The notes: generated from the letters alone by a model not told the origin. A stretch of DNA of 64,000 bases from Squalus acanthias (GCA_030390025.1 CM059432.1:46254001-46318000), one strand, 5' to 3'. Shown: positions 12,851 to 25,900, counted from the first letter of the stretch. A program made the numbers and translations.

Positions 12851-14579
12851 AGTCGTTAATAAATATGGTGAATAGTTGAGGCTCCAATGTGTGGGACACC
12901 ACTAGTCACATCCTGCCAACTAGAGTACCTGTCCATTATCCTGACTCTCTGGGGTAAAAATTGGGTTGGTTTACACCTTAATCTCACATTTGCGGGCTTT
13001 CTTTCAGAGGCCGGAGTCGGGACGAGCAGAGAGTGTCGGTTCAGTGAGTACTTAAACTCATATTCGCGGGCTTTCTTTCAGAGGCTTACCAATCTCGCAG
13101 ACCGGCGGCGGCATTCCAGAGCTACGTCATGATTCAAAAAGTGACGTGGGCAAGAGGAAGCAGCTGATTGGGTGAGTACGGCCAGGTGAGTATTTATACT
13201 ACTCTATAGTTTGACAGTTAAGGTTAATAGTTTATAAAGTTTAGAAGGTCTTAATTTTTGTGGTTATAGTTTCTAAGGTCTCTGTTGTGTAGCGGGGAGT
13301 GCTAGTAAACAAGAGCCCTTGAGTATAACATTTAATTGTAGTGTAATTGGTGGTATTGATTTGATTTAATTTAATTTAAATTAATTAAAGGGTAAGTCAT
13401 GGCAGCACAGCTCGGGCCCGTGGCATGCTCCTCCTGCTCTATGTGGGAAATCAGGGACACTTCCTGTGTCCCTGACGACCATGTGTGCGGGAAGTGTATC
13501 CAGCTGCAGCTACTGGCAGACTGCATTGCGAAATCAAGGGTGTAAATCAAACATGGCCACAGTAAACAATAATTCTAAATGGTCTAAGAGTGTTAAAAAA
13601 AAAGCCTGAAGGCTTTGTGTCTGAATGCGAGGAGCATTCGTAATAAGGTGGATGAATTAGCTGCGCAAATAGATGTAAACGGATATGATATAATTGGGAT
13701 TACGGAGACATGGCTCCAGGGTGACCAAGGCTGGGAATTCAACATCCAGGGGTATTCAATATTCAGGAAGGACAGGAAAAAGGAAAAGGAGGTGGGGTAG
13801 CATTGCTGGTTAAAGAGGTGATTAACACAATAGTAAGGAAGGATATTAGCTCTGATGATGTGGAATCTGTATGGGTAGAGCTGAGAAATACCATGGGGCA
13901 GAAAACGTTAGTGGGAGTTGTATACAGACCCCCAAACAGTAATGCTGAGGTTGGGGATAGCATTAAATGGGAAATTAGAGATGCGTGCAATAAGGGCACA
14001 GCAGTTATCATGGATGACTTTAATCTACATATAGATTGGGCTAACCAAATTAGTAACAATACTGTGGAGGAGGAATTCCTAGAGTGTATTTGGGATGGTT
14101 TCCTGGACCAATATGTCGAGGAACCAACTAGAAATCGGGCCATCGTAGACTGGGTATTATGTAATGAGAAAGGATTAATTAGCAATCTTGTTGGACGAGG
14201 CTCCTTGGGGAGGAGCGAACATAATATGATAGAATTCTTCATTAAGATGGAGAGTGAAGTAGTTCACTCAGAGACTAGGGTCCTGAATTTAAATAAAGAA
14301 AACTATGATGGTATGAGGCGCAAGTTGGCTAGGATGGATTGGGGAACGTTACTTAAAGGGTTGACGGTGGATAGGCAATGGCAAACATTTAAAGATCGCA
14401 TGGATGAACTACAGAATTTGTTCATCCCTGTTTGGCATAAAAATAAAACAAAAAAGGTGACTCAACCGTGGCTAACAAGAGAAATTAGGCATGATGTGGA
14501 GATGCCGGTGTTGGACTGGGGTGGACAAATGTGAGAAGTCGCACAACACCAGGTTATAGTCCAACAGCTTTATTTGAAA

Positions 14580-14616
14580 TCACAAGCTTTCGGAGCGCTG
14601 CTCCTTCATCAGGTGA
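14580..14616 (-). ncRNA. minimal type I hammerhead ribozyme motif, canonical core
   Basis: UCAC-CUGAUGA-A-GGAGC(AGC)GCUCC-GAAA-GC-UU-GUGA: stem I UCAC/GUGA, a 5-bp stem II and the palindrome AAGCUU in place of stem III. Confidence 0.85.
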
Positions 14617-14790
14617 AGTGAAGAGATGCATATAGGCACAGCATAGATAGTCAGAGAACACTGCCAGATGATTACAGTTAATCTTTCCAACTACCCTTTA
14701 TCACACCTCGGCAGAGAGATAATCACGGCAATCAAAGGTGTGGATGGTGTCCAAACAGGTCAGTCAGGAAAACATTACATCAAAGATGTA

Positions 14791-15248
14791 GGGGCAACAC
14801 GGTGGCATAGTGGTTAGCACTGGTGCCTCACAGCGCCAGGGACTCGGGTTCGAATCTGGCCTCGGGTGACTGTCTGTGTGGAGTTTGCACATTCTCCCCG
14901 TGTCTGCGTGGGTTTCCTCCGGGTGCTCCGGTTTCCTCCCACAGTCCAAAAATGTGCGGGTTAGGTTGATTTGGCTATGATAAATTGACCCTTAGTGTTA
15001 GGGGGGGATTAAATATGTGGGGTTACGGGGATAGGATGGGATATGTTAGGGGGAATTAAATACGTGGGGTTACGGGGATAGGGTGGGATATGTGTCGGGG
15101 CAGGCTCGATGGGGATTCTGTGTGAGAAAGCAGGGACAGGGTACTGGATTTGGATGATCAGCCATGATCGTATTGAATGGTGGAGCAGGCTCGACGGGCC
15201 GAATGGCCTACTCCTGCTCCTAGTCTCTATGTTTCTCTATGTTTCTAC
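14791..15248 (+). mobile_element. V-SINE (HE1-like, ~14791-15120) joined to a CR1 3' end (~15122-15248)
   Basis: Same head and V domain as 11123-11430, with an internal tandem duplication at ~14997-15092, then the CR1 terminal stem-loop and (TATGTTTC)n tail. Confidence 0.8.
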
Positions 15249-17534
15249 AATGAGGTGGGGTCACAAGGGGTCAAATGTGGCAGATGCTGCGGTCTGTATG
15301 GAAAACAAAAAACTTTTTTTGCTGGAAATCACAGCAGGTCTGGCCGCATCTATATAGAGAGAACAAGCCAATGATGACTCGAGTCTGGATGACTCTACGT
15401 CAGGTGGGGTTACATGTAGCGTGACATGAACCCAAGATCCCGGTTGAGGCCGTCCTCATGGGTGCGGAACTTGGCTATCAGTTTCTGCTCGACGATTAGG
15501 GAAATTAGGGCTAGCATATGATCCAAGGAGAGGACATATAAATTGGCCAGAAAAAGCAACAAACCTAAGGATTGGGAGCAGTTTAGGATTCAGCAAAGGA
15601 GGACAAAGGGATTAATTAAGAGGGGGAAAATAGAAAATGAGAGTAAGCTTGCAGGGAACATAAAAACTGACTGTAAAAGCTTCTATAGATATGTGAAGAG
15701 AAAAAGATTGGTGAAGTCAAGCGTAGGTCCCTTGCAGTCAGAATCAGGGGAATTTATAATGGGGAACAAAGAAATGGCAGACCAATTAAATACATACTTT
15801 GGTTCTGTCTTCACAAAGGAGGACACAAATAACCTCCCAGAGATGTCGGGGAACATAGGGTCTAATGAGAGGGAGGAACTGAATGAAATCAGTATTTGTA
15901 GGGAAATGGTCTTAGGGAAATTGATGGGATTGAAGGCCGATAAATCCCCAGGGCCTGATAATCTACATCCTAGGGTACTTAAGGAAGTGGCCCTAGAAAT
16001 AGTAGATGCATTGCTGGTCATCTTCCAAAATTCTATAGACTCTGGAACAGTTCCCATGGATTGGAGGGTAGCTAATGTTACCCCACTATTTAAAAAAGGT
16101 GGTAGAGAAAAAACGGGGAATTATAGACCGGTAAGCCTGACATCGGTTGTGGGGAAAATGCTAGAGTCCATTATAAAAGATGTAATAGCAGAGCACTTGG
16201 AAAACAGTGACAGGATCGGAAAAAGTCAACATGGATTTACAAAAGGTAAATCATGCTTGCCTAATCTACTGGAATTTTTTGAGGATGTAACTGATAGAAT
16301 AGATAAGGGAGAACCAGTGGATGTGGTGTATTTGGACTTTCAGAAGGCTTTCGATAAGGTCCCGCATAAGAGAGTAGCATGCAAAGTTAAAGCACATGGG
16401 ATTGGGGGTAAGGTACTGTCTTGGATAGAAAACTGGTTGGCAGACAGGAAGCAAAGAGTTGGAATAAACGGGTCTTTTTCCCAATGGCAGGCAGTGACTA
16501 GTGGGGTGCTGCAGGGATCGGTGCTAGGACCCCAGTTATTCACAATATATATATATTAATGATCTAGACGAGGGAACTAGATGTAATATCTACAAGTTTG
16601 CAGATGACACAAAGCTGGGTGGGCGTGTGTGCTGTGAAGAGGATGCAGAGAAACTCCAGTATGATTTGGACAGATTGGGTGAGTGGGCAGATGCATGGCA
16701 GATGCAGTATAATTTGGATAAATGCGTGGTTATCCACTTTGGTGGCAAAAACAGGAAGGCAGATTATTATCTGAACGGCAATAGATTGGGAAAAGGGGAA
16801 GTGCAACGAGACCTGGGTGTCCTTGTGCACCAGTCGTTGAAGGTAAGCATGCAGGTGCAGCAGGCGGTTAAGAAGGCAAATAGTATGTTGGCCTTCATAG
16901 CGAGAGGATTCGAGTACAGGAGCAAGGAGGTCTTGCTGCAGTTGTACAGGGCCTTGGTGAGACCACACCTTGAGTATTGTGTGCAGTTTTGTTCACCTTA
17001 TCTGAGGAAGGATGTTCTTGCCATGGAGGGAGTGCAGCGAAGATTCACCAGACTGATACCTGGGATGGCAGGAATGATGCATGAAGAGAGATTGGGTCGA
17101 TTGGGCTTGTATTCGCTAGAGTTTAGAAGAATGAGAGGGGATCTCATTGAAACTTATAAAATTCTAACAGGACTAGACAGACTAGATGCAGGAAGGATGT
17201 TTCCGATGGTGGGGGAGTCCAGAACCAGGGGTCACAGTCTAAGGATAAGGGGTAAGCCATTTAGGACTGAGATGAGGAGGAATTTCTTCACCCAGAGAGT
17301 GGTGAACCTGTGGAATTCTCTACCACACAAGACAGTTGAGGCCAATTCATTAAATATATTCAAGAAGGAGTTAGATATATTTTTTAAGGCTAAGGAGATC
17401 AAGGGATATGGGGAAAAAGCAGGGACAGGGTACTGAATTTGGATGATCAGCCATGATCGCATTGAATGGCGGAGCAGGCTCGAGGGGCCGAATGGCCTAA
17501 TCCTGCTCCTATCTTCTATGTTAATCTTCTGCTA

Positions 17535-20500
17535 ATCAGAATAGAGAGAACAGGATAGTGAGATTAAATACGTGGCTTGAGCAGTGGTGCAGGAGGGAGG
17601 GATTCAAATTCCTGAGGCATTGGAACCAGTTCTGGGGGAAGTGGGACCTGTACAAAAGGGACAGTCTGCACTTGGGCAGGACTGGAACCGATGTCCTCGG
17701 GGTAATATTTGCTAAAGCAGTTCGGGAGGATTTAAACTAATATGGCAGGGGAATGGGAACCTATGTAGCGAAACAGGGGGAAGTAATATGCAGTCAGAAA
17801 CAAATGTTAGAAGGGTGAGAAACAATAGGGGAAGGCCGAGTAAACAAAGGCAAGAAACACAAAGGGCCATACTAAATCATAAGTCTAAAAGGACAACGGA
17901 TGTTAATAAAACAAGCCTAAAGGCTCTGTGTCTTAATGCAAGGAGTATCCGTAATAAGGTGGATGAATTGACTGTGCAAATAGATGTTAACGGATACGAT
18001 GTGATTGGGATTACAGAGACGTGGCTCCAGAACAATCAAGGCTGGGAACTGAACATCCAGGGGTATTCAACATTCAGAAAGGATAGAATAAAAGGAAAAG
18101 GGGGTGGGGTAGCATTGCTGGTTAAAGAGGAGATTAATGCAATAGCTAGGAAGGACATCAGCTTGGAGGATGTGGAATCAATATGGGTTGAGCTACAGAA
18201 CACCAAAGGGCAGAAAACGTTAGTGGGAGTTGTGTACAGACCTCCAAACAGCAGTAGTGAGGTGGGGGAGGGTATGAAACAGGAAATCAGAGGTGCGTGC
18301 AAAAAAGGCACGGCAGTTATCATGGGTGACTTTAATATGCATATAGATTGGGCTACTCAAACTGGAAGCAATACGGTGGAGGAGGATTTCCTGGAGTGTT
18401 TAAGGGATGGTTTCCTAAACCAATATGTTGAGGAACCAACTCGAGGGGAGGCCATCCTGGACTGGGTGTTGTGTAATGAGGAAGGACTAATCAGCAATCT
18501 TGTGGTACGAGGCCCCCTGGGGAAGAGTGACCATAGTATGGTGGAGTTCTACATTAGGATGGAGAAGGAAACAGTTAAGTCAGAGACCATGGTCCAGAAC
18601 TTAAATAAGGGCAACTTTGAGGGTATGAGGCGTGAATTGGCGAGGTTAAATTGGCAAGCGATATTTAAGGGGCTATCAGTGGAAGGGCAATGGCAGACAT
18701 TTAGAGATCGCATGGATGAACTACAACAATTGTACATCCCGGTCTGGCGTAAAAATAAAAAAGGGAAGGTGGCTCAACCATGGCTAACAAGGGAAATCAG
18801 GGATAGTATTAAAACCAAGGAAGTTGCATACAAATTGGCCAGAAGTAGCAGCAAACCCGGGGACTGGGAGAACTTCAAAACTCAGCAGAGGAGGACGAAG
18901 GGTTTGATTAGGGCAGGGAAAATAAAATATGAAAGGAAGCTTGCAGAGAACATTAAAATGGACTGCAAAAGCTTCTATAAATATGTAAAAAGAAAGAGGT
19001 TAGTAAAAACAAACGTAGGTCCCCTGCAGTCGGAAACAGGGGAAGTCGTAATGGGGAACAAGGAAATGGCAGATCAATTGAACAAGTACTTTGGTTCGGT
19101 GTTTACTGTGGAGGACACACACAACCTGCCGGAAATAAAAGGGGTCAGAGGATCTGGTAAGAGGGAGGAGCTGAGGGAAATCCTTATTAGTCGGGAAAAG
19201 GTATTGGGGAAATTGATGGGACTGAAGGCTGAAAAATCCCCGGGGCCTGATGGTCTGCATCCCAGAGTACTTAAGGAGGTGGCCTTGGAAATAGTGGATG
19301 CATTGACGATCATTTTCCAACATTCCTTAGACTCTGGATCAGTTCCGATGGAGTGGAGGGTGGCCAATGTAACCCCTCTTTTTAAAAAAGGAGGGAGGGA
19401 GAAAGCAGGGAATTATAGACCGGTCAGCCTGACATCGGTCGTGGGTAAAATGATGGAAGCAATTATTAAAGATGTCATAACAGATCATTTGGAAAGTGGC
19501 GACATGATAGGTCCAAGTCAGCATGGATTTGTGAAAGGGAAATCATGCTTGACAAATCTTCTGGAATTTTTTGAGGATGTTTCCAATAGGGTGGACAGGG
19601 GGGAACCAGTAGATGTGGTGTATTTGGACTTTCAGAAGGCCTTCGACAAGGTCCCACACAAGAGATTGGTGAGCAAAGTTAAAGCACATGGGATTGGGGG
19701 TAATGTGTTGACGTAGATTGAGAACTGGTTGGCACACAGGAAACAAAGAGTAGGAGTAAATGGGTACTTTTCAGAATGGCAGGCAGTGACCAGCGGGGTA
19801 CCGCAGGGTTCGGTGCTGGGACCCCAGCTGTTTACATTATATATTAATGATTTGGACGAAGGGATTAAATGTAATATCTCCAAATTTGCGGATGACACTA
19901 AATTGGGAGGCAGTGTGAACAATGAGGAGGATGCTAGGAGGCTACAGAGTGACTTGGACAGGTTGGGTGAATGGGCAAATGTATGGCAGATGAAGTACAA
20001 TGTGGATAAATGTGAGGTTATCCACTTTGGTGGTAAAAATAGAGAGGCGGACTATTACCTGAATGGTGGCAGATTAGGGAAAGGGGACGTGCAACGAGAC
20101 CTGGGCGTCATGGTACATCAGTCACTGAAGGTGGGAATGCAAGTGCAGCAGGCAGTCAAGAAAGCAAACGGAATGATGGCCTTCATAGCAAGGGGATTTG
20201 AGTACAGGAGTAGGGAGGTGATGCTACAGTTGTACAGGGCCTTGGTGAGGCCACACCTGGAGTATTGTGCGCAGTTTTGGTCTCCTAACTTAAGGAAGGA
20301 CATTCTTGCTATTGAGGGAGTGCAGCGAAGGTTCACTAGATTGATTCCTGGGATGGCCGGACTGACATATCAAGAAAGATTGGGTCAACTGAACTTGTAT
20401 CCTCTGGAGTTCAGAAGAATGAGGGGGGATCTTATAGAGACATTTAAAATCCTGACTGGTTTAGACAAATTAGATGCGGGCAGAATGTTCCCAATGGTAG

Positions 20501-20832
20501 GGAAAACTAGAACCAGGGGTCACAGTCTAAGGATTAAGGGGAAGCCATTTAGGACTGAGCTGAGGAGGAACTTCTTCACCCAGAGAGTGGTGAATCTATG
20601 GAATTCTCTTCCACAGAAGGTTGTTGAGGCCAGTTCGCTAAATATATTCAAAAGGGAGTTAGATATAACACTCACAACTAAGGGGATCAAGGGGTATGGC
20701 GAGAAAGCAGGAATGGGGTACTGAGGTAGCATGTTCAGCCATGAACGCATTGAATGGCGGTGCAGGCTCGAAGGACCGAATGGTCTACTCCTGTACCTAT
20801 TTTCTATGTTTCTATGTTTCTATGTTTCTATG
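17535..20832 (+). mobile_element. young 5'-truncated CR1 LINE
   Basis: ORF1 esterase C-terminus (ORF 17558..17740, DSLHL), full ORF2, 3' stem-loop and (TATGTTTC)n tail at ~20805-20832. Confidence 0.95.
17788..20724 (+). pseudogene. CR1 ORF2 (APE endonuclease + reverse transcriptase) with one in-frame stop
   Basis: ORFs 17788..19716 and 19729..20724 are in the same frame, separated by a TAG at 19714-19716 where other copies have W. Motifs GDFN, SDH, PQGSVLGP and KFADD are intact. Confidence 0.92.
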
Positions 20833-22996
20833 CCTCTCATTAGCACCCCCGGGGGCACCAACAGGGCACAAATCCCCTAGCGCCCGGGCGCAGCGCCGCT
20901 AACTCACCCTGTGAAATTCAGCGGGAGATTAGCGGTGGCGGTAGCCGGTAGCGCCCTGCGTCGCTGCGCCGCCAGGGATGGCGTCATTGCCGTGCGCAGT
21001 GCCCCGTTTGTGTCCCGGCCGCAAACTACCCTTGCGCCCCCTGACATATCGCTGGACGATATGTCTGACAGGATCAAAAGGCGTTTTTGCAGCGGCGGCG
21101 GCACTACTTAAAGGGCAGGTGTCGGGAGGCCATTTTTATTTTGGCCGACTGCCAGCACCTGCCCCCTTTCCCTTTTTTATGTGGGGTGCCGGCCGCAATC
21201 GCTCAGCCCGGCACTCCTCTTGAGTGCCGGGCTTTTTTCACGGCACCCCACTCCCAGGTGGTCCAACAGGGCCCTGGTGCGTGTAGTTCTAGGCCCCTCC
21301 CCTTTAATCAGGGGAGGAGTAAATTCTTTTTTGAACACCTCTCACTGATCTTCGGTCATTTTATCCAGGTTACTGTGGATAGTTTCTGTCTCATCGCATT
21401 GAAGTCAGCGATGCAAGTTATTTTTATTGTTGTTGTTGTAGTCTATGCAACCTTTCCTCATAATTTAGCCTTCTTAGCCCCAGTATCATTCTGGTGAATC
21501 TGCAGTGCACCCCTCCGAGGCCAATATATCCTTCCTGAGGTGTGATGCCCAGAACTGAACACAGTAGAACTGAATGCGGCCTAACCAGAGCTTTATATAA
21601 CTGTAGCATAACTTCCATCGCTTTGTATGCCAACCCCCTTGAGATAAAGGTTAACATTCCATTAGCCTTTTAATTATTTTTTCTACCTGTCCACTAGCTT
21701 TTAGTGATTTATGTACAAGGGGGGAGAAATTCGGTATCGCCCCGTTTGGGGCGCAATTATCGGCTGGGTGCAAAGTTTAGCGCCTGGTGCTAATTATCAC
21801 CTCTGACTGCAAATTTGGCTTCTATCGCCCCTGGAGGTGATTGGAGCGCTAAATCAGGTGCTACACACCTCTCTTAAGGCACTAACGCCGAGGAGCGAGG
21901 CGCTAACTCAGAGCGCTGGCGAAGCTCATGTGATGTCAGTCAGCAATGCAACACAGACACACTGGCGCCAACCAGTTCTTAAAGGGGAGGGTCGATGGAA
22001 TCATCCACCTGCGGTACCAGTGACCACATTCCCAATTCCCCATTCAACATTTATCCCACACCTTACCTTCCCTCTGTTACTGACCATCACAGCATCCTCT
22101 TGGCCACAATGCTGAAAAAAAAGCCACCACAAAGCAAACTTTCCAATCCAACTTTATGCATCTATCCATCCAATATGACATCAAGAAATCAACTTATCAC
22201 CCATATGCATTCCCTTAGTACCTGTCTTTTGTGTGCCTTTGCCTATCCTAGTGATGTCATGCAGTGCTACCCCAGTGGCTGCAGCATGGCTGGTAGAAGG
22301 CTGCTGATTTTCAGTGGGGGACACTGCAGATGGCCCTGCTGGTCGACCTTGAGGAGCTGGTGGCTGGGAATGTCAAGTCGAGTGACGGTGTTCCTTCTTT
22401 TTCTTTTTCTTCTTCTTCACTCTCCTCTCCCTCGTCTTGGTCAACCATTGGCTGGGCAGGCTGCCTTTCTTGGTTAGAAACATAGGGGGAAAAATTCAGT
22501 TGGTTGCGCCTCCCGTTAGCGCCTTAGGAGGGCGCTAATGGGGCGCAAAGCAGCTAGCGCCCGGGCGCAGCGATGTTTGCGCCGCTCGCGAACTTAACTA
22601 GACATTTTGCGGCGGCACTAAACTTTATCGCCGCGATCTCCTGCATGCGCAGATTGTGACGTCATACGAGAGTGCAACGCCCTTGTGGCGCCCCGGAGCA
22701 GAATTTCAGTGGCGCCCCCATCCTTACCGCCTGGCGCATCCAACGACCGGAAGAGTGGAATGCTAACAATCGGTGTGGGGCTGGGGGGGGGGCGCTATTT
22801 AAAGGGGGCCTCTTCCTGTCTTTCTCTGTGGTTGACATTTTTGCACCACTCGTTCTGAGAGAGAGAGAGAGATTCGGAGAGAGAGAAAGAGAGACTTCTG
22901 CATTGAGTCAACGCTGTGTGAGGTAGTTTTGGCTACTCATCCTAACTTCGCTGGTACTTTGGTTTCTGGCCTTCATAACTTTGCTTGCTAAGAGAT

Positions 22997-25900
22997 ATGG
23001 GGGATGCACTGATGGGGGGCGTCGTCCTGCGCCAGCTGAATCGGAGGAGACAGAGACGCAGAGAGAGAGTGGCAATGATGGCCAGACGGAGGAGGGCCAA
23101 CAGGCGTCTGTACAGGAGAGCTTACCCTCCCAGGGTATATCGTGAACAGCTCTCCTACATTCATATGTCTGATGAGCAGTGTCTGCGAAGGCTGCGCTTC
23201 AGCAAGGAGGTGGTCACTGAGCTCTGCCACCTGCTGCAGCCAGATCTGCAGCCTCAACTGAGGTCCAGGACGTCTCTGTCGGTGGCAGTGAAGGTCACAG
23301 TGGCTCTCAACTTTTATGCTACTGGCTCATTTCAATCTGCTGTTGGGGACATCATAAGAACATAAGAACATAAGAAATAGGAGCAGGAGTAGGCCAATCG
23401 GCCCCTCGAGCCTGCTCCGCCATTCAATAAGATCATGGCTGATCTGATCCTAACCGCCAATCTACTATCTATCACAGAACCATCTCCTGCATCTAACAGA
23501 ATTGCACACACGAAATAGGAGCAGAATCAGGCTACACAGTCCCTGGGCCCGCTCCACTACCCACAGGGCCATGACCGATCCGAACCTAGACTCATGTCCA
23601 AATTCCTGCCCGCTCCCCGTAACCCTTAATGCCCTTTACTTCTAGGAAACTGTCTATTTCTGTTTTAAATGTAATTAATGTTGTAGCTTCTACAGCTTTT
23701 TGTGGCAGCATATTCCATGGACCTACCACCCTCTGAGTGAAGTAGTTCCTCCTCATCTCAGTTTTGAAAGAGCAGCCCCTTATTCTAAGACTATGTCCCC
23801 TAGTTCTCGTCTCACCCGTCATCGGGAACATCCTCCCCGCATCCACCCGATCCAACCCCTTCACAATCTTATATGTTTCAATAAGATCGCCTCTCATTCT
23901 TCTGAACTCCAATGAGTAGAGTCCCAATCTACCCAACCTCTCCTCATATGACCACCCCCTCATCCCCGGGATTAACCGAGTGAACCTTTTTTGCACTGCC
24001 TCGAGAGCAAGGATGTCTTTCCTTAAGTAAGGACACCAAAACTGTATGCAGTATTCCAGGTGCGGTCTCACCAATACCTTGTACAACTGAAGCAATACCT
24101 CCCTATTTTTATATTCTATCCCCCTAGCAATGAAAGCCAACATTCCATTTGCCTTCTTAATCACTTGCTGCACCTGCATACTAACCTTTTGAGTTTCGTG
24201 CACCAGGACCCCCAGATCCCTTTGCACTTCAGTACTCTCCAGTTTCTTGCCATTAAGATAATAAATTGCTCTAGGATTTTTCCTGCCAAAGTGCATCACC
24301 TCACACTTTCCAGTGTTGTATTCCATCTGCCAAATCTCTGCCCACTTACTTAGCCTGTCTATGTCCCCTTGCAGGTTTTTTATGTCCTCCTCACTCACTA
24401 CTTTCCCTCCCATCTTTGTATCATCTGCAAATTTTGATATGTTACACTTGGTCCCTTCCTCCAAATCGTTAATATAGATTGTGAAGAGTTGGGGACCCAG
24501 CACTGACCCCTGTGGAACACCACTAGTTACTGATTGCCAGTCTGAGAATGAACCATTTATCCCAACTCTTTGCTTTCTGTTAGATAGCCAATCCTCTATC
24601 CATGCCAGAATATTACCCCCAATCCCGTGATTTTTTACCTTAAGCAATAATCTTTTGTGTGGCACCTTGTCAAATGCCTTTTGGAAGTCTAAATACACTA
24701 CGTCCACTGGTTCCCCTTTATCCACTCTATATGTTACTTCCTCAAAGAACTCCAGCAAATTTGTCAAACATGACTTCCCCTTCGTAAAACCATGCTGACT
24801 TTGTCCTATTAAATTATGATTATCCAAATGTCCTGTTACTGTTTCCTTAATAATGGACTCCAAAATTTTACCTACCACAGATGTTAGGCTAACCGGTCTA
24901 TAGTTACCAGCCTTCTGTCTACTGCCCTTTTTAAATAAGGGTGTTACATTAGCAGTTTTCCAGTCTGCCGGGACCTTAGCGGAATCCAGGGAGTTTTGAA
25001 AAATTATTACCAATGCATCTACAATCCCTACCGCCACTTCCTTCAAGACTCTAGGATGTAAGCCATCAGGTCCAGGTGATTTATCCGCCTTGAGTCCCAT
25101 TATTTTACCGAGTACCACTTCCTTAGTGATTTTGATCGTGTTTAGCTCCTCTCCCCCTATAGCCCCCTGTTTGTCCAGTGTTGGGATATTCTTAGTGTCC
25201 TCTACTGTAAAGACTGATACAAAATATTCATTCAGTGTTTTTGCCATCTCCATATTTCCCACCATTAATTTCCCGGTCTCATCCTCTAAGGGACCAACAT
25301 TTACTTTAGCCACCCTTTTTCTTTTTATATAACTATAAAAACTCTTACTATCTGTTTTTATATTTTTTGCTAATTTACTTTCATAATCTATCTTCCCTTT
25401 CTTAATCAATCTTTTTGTTATTTTTTGCTGCCTTTTAAAGTTTTCCCAATCCTCTGTCCTCCCACTAGATTTCGCTACCTTATATGCCCTTGTTTTTAGT
25501 CGAATACTATCCTTAATTTCTTTACTTAGCCACGGATGACTGTCCTTTCTTTTACACCCTTTTCTTTTCAGTGGAATATATTTTTTTGGAAGTTGTAAAA
25601 TAACTCCTTGAATGTACACCACTGATCATGTGTCGTCTTACCCTTTAATCTATTTTCCCAATCCACTCTACTCAATTCCGCTCGCATACCTTCATAGTCT
25701 CCTTTATTCAAGCTTAGCACGCTTGTTTGAGATCCAACCTTCTCACCCTCTAATTGAATATGGAATTCAACCATGTTATGGTCACTCATTCCAAGGGGAT
25801 CCTTTACTAGGACATTTTTAATTAATCCTGTCTCGTTACACAGGACCAGATCTAAGGTTGCTTGCCCCCTGGTCGGTTCAGTTACATACTGCTCAAGAAA

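Larger units (their letters stand above)
10925..12950 (-). mobile_element. decayed CR1 RT/C-terminal fragment interrupted by several insertions
   Basis: ORF 11444..11746(-) has RPHLEYCEQFW. The element resumes at ~12852-12950 after the LINE insertion, and a short plus-strand CR1 tail (~11060-11500) is nested in it. Confidence 0.7.
14490..15497 (-). mobile_element. Penelope pseudo-LTR fragment inserted in CR1
   Basis: Homologous to 33912-34400 and 36150-36675. TSD AGAGAAATTAGG (14478-14489) / AGGGAAATTAGG (15498-15509). It contains a nested SINE. Confidence 0.85.
12978..17522 (+). mobile_element. CR1 LINE with 5' UTR, internally deleted ORF1 and disrupted ORF2
   Basis: ORF1 starts at ATG 13399 (MAAQLGPVACSSC...HVCGKC zinc finger), followed by a deletion. 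It has the endonuclease (CLNARSIRNK, ITETWL), RT in ORFs 15543..16559 and 16627..17436, and a 3' stem-loop. Interrupted at 14490-15497. Confidence 0.9.
12951..21320. mobile_element. Harbinger family-B left end split by two tandem CR1s (pieces 12951-12977 and 20833-~21320)
   Basis: GGGGTAAAAATTGGGTTGGTTTACACC joined to TCTCATTAGCACC...CTAGCGCCCGGGCGCAGCG aligns with the left end of the element at 22485 (GGGGGAAAAATTCAGTTGGTTGCGCCTCCCGTTAGCGCC...CTAGCGCCCGGGCGCAGCG). Confidence 0.65.
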
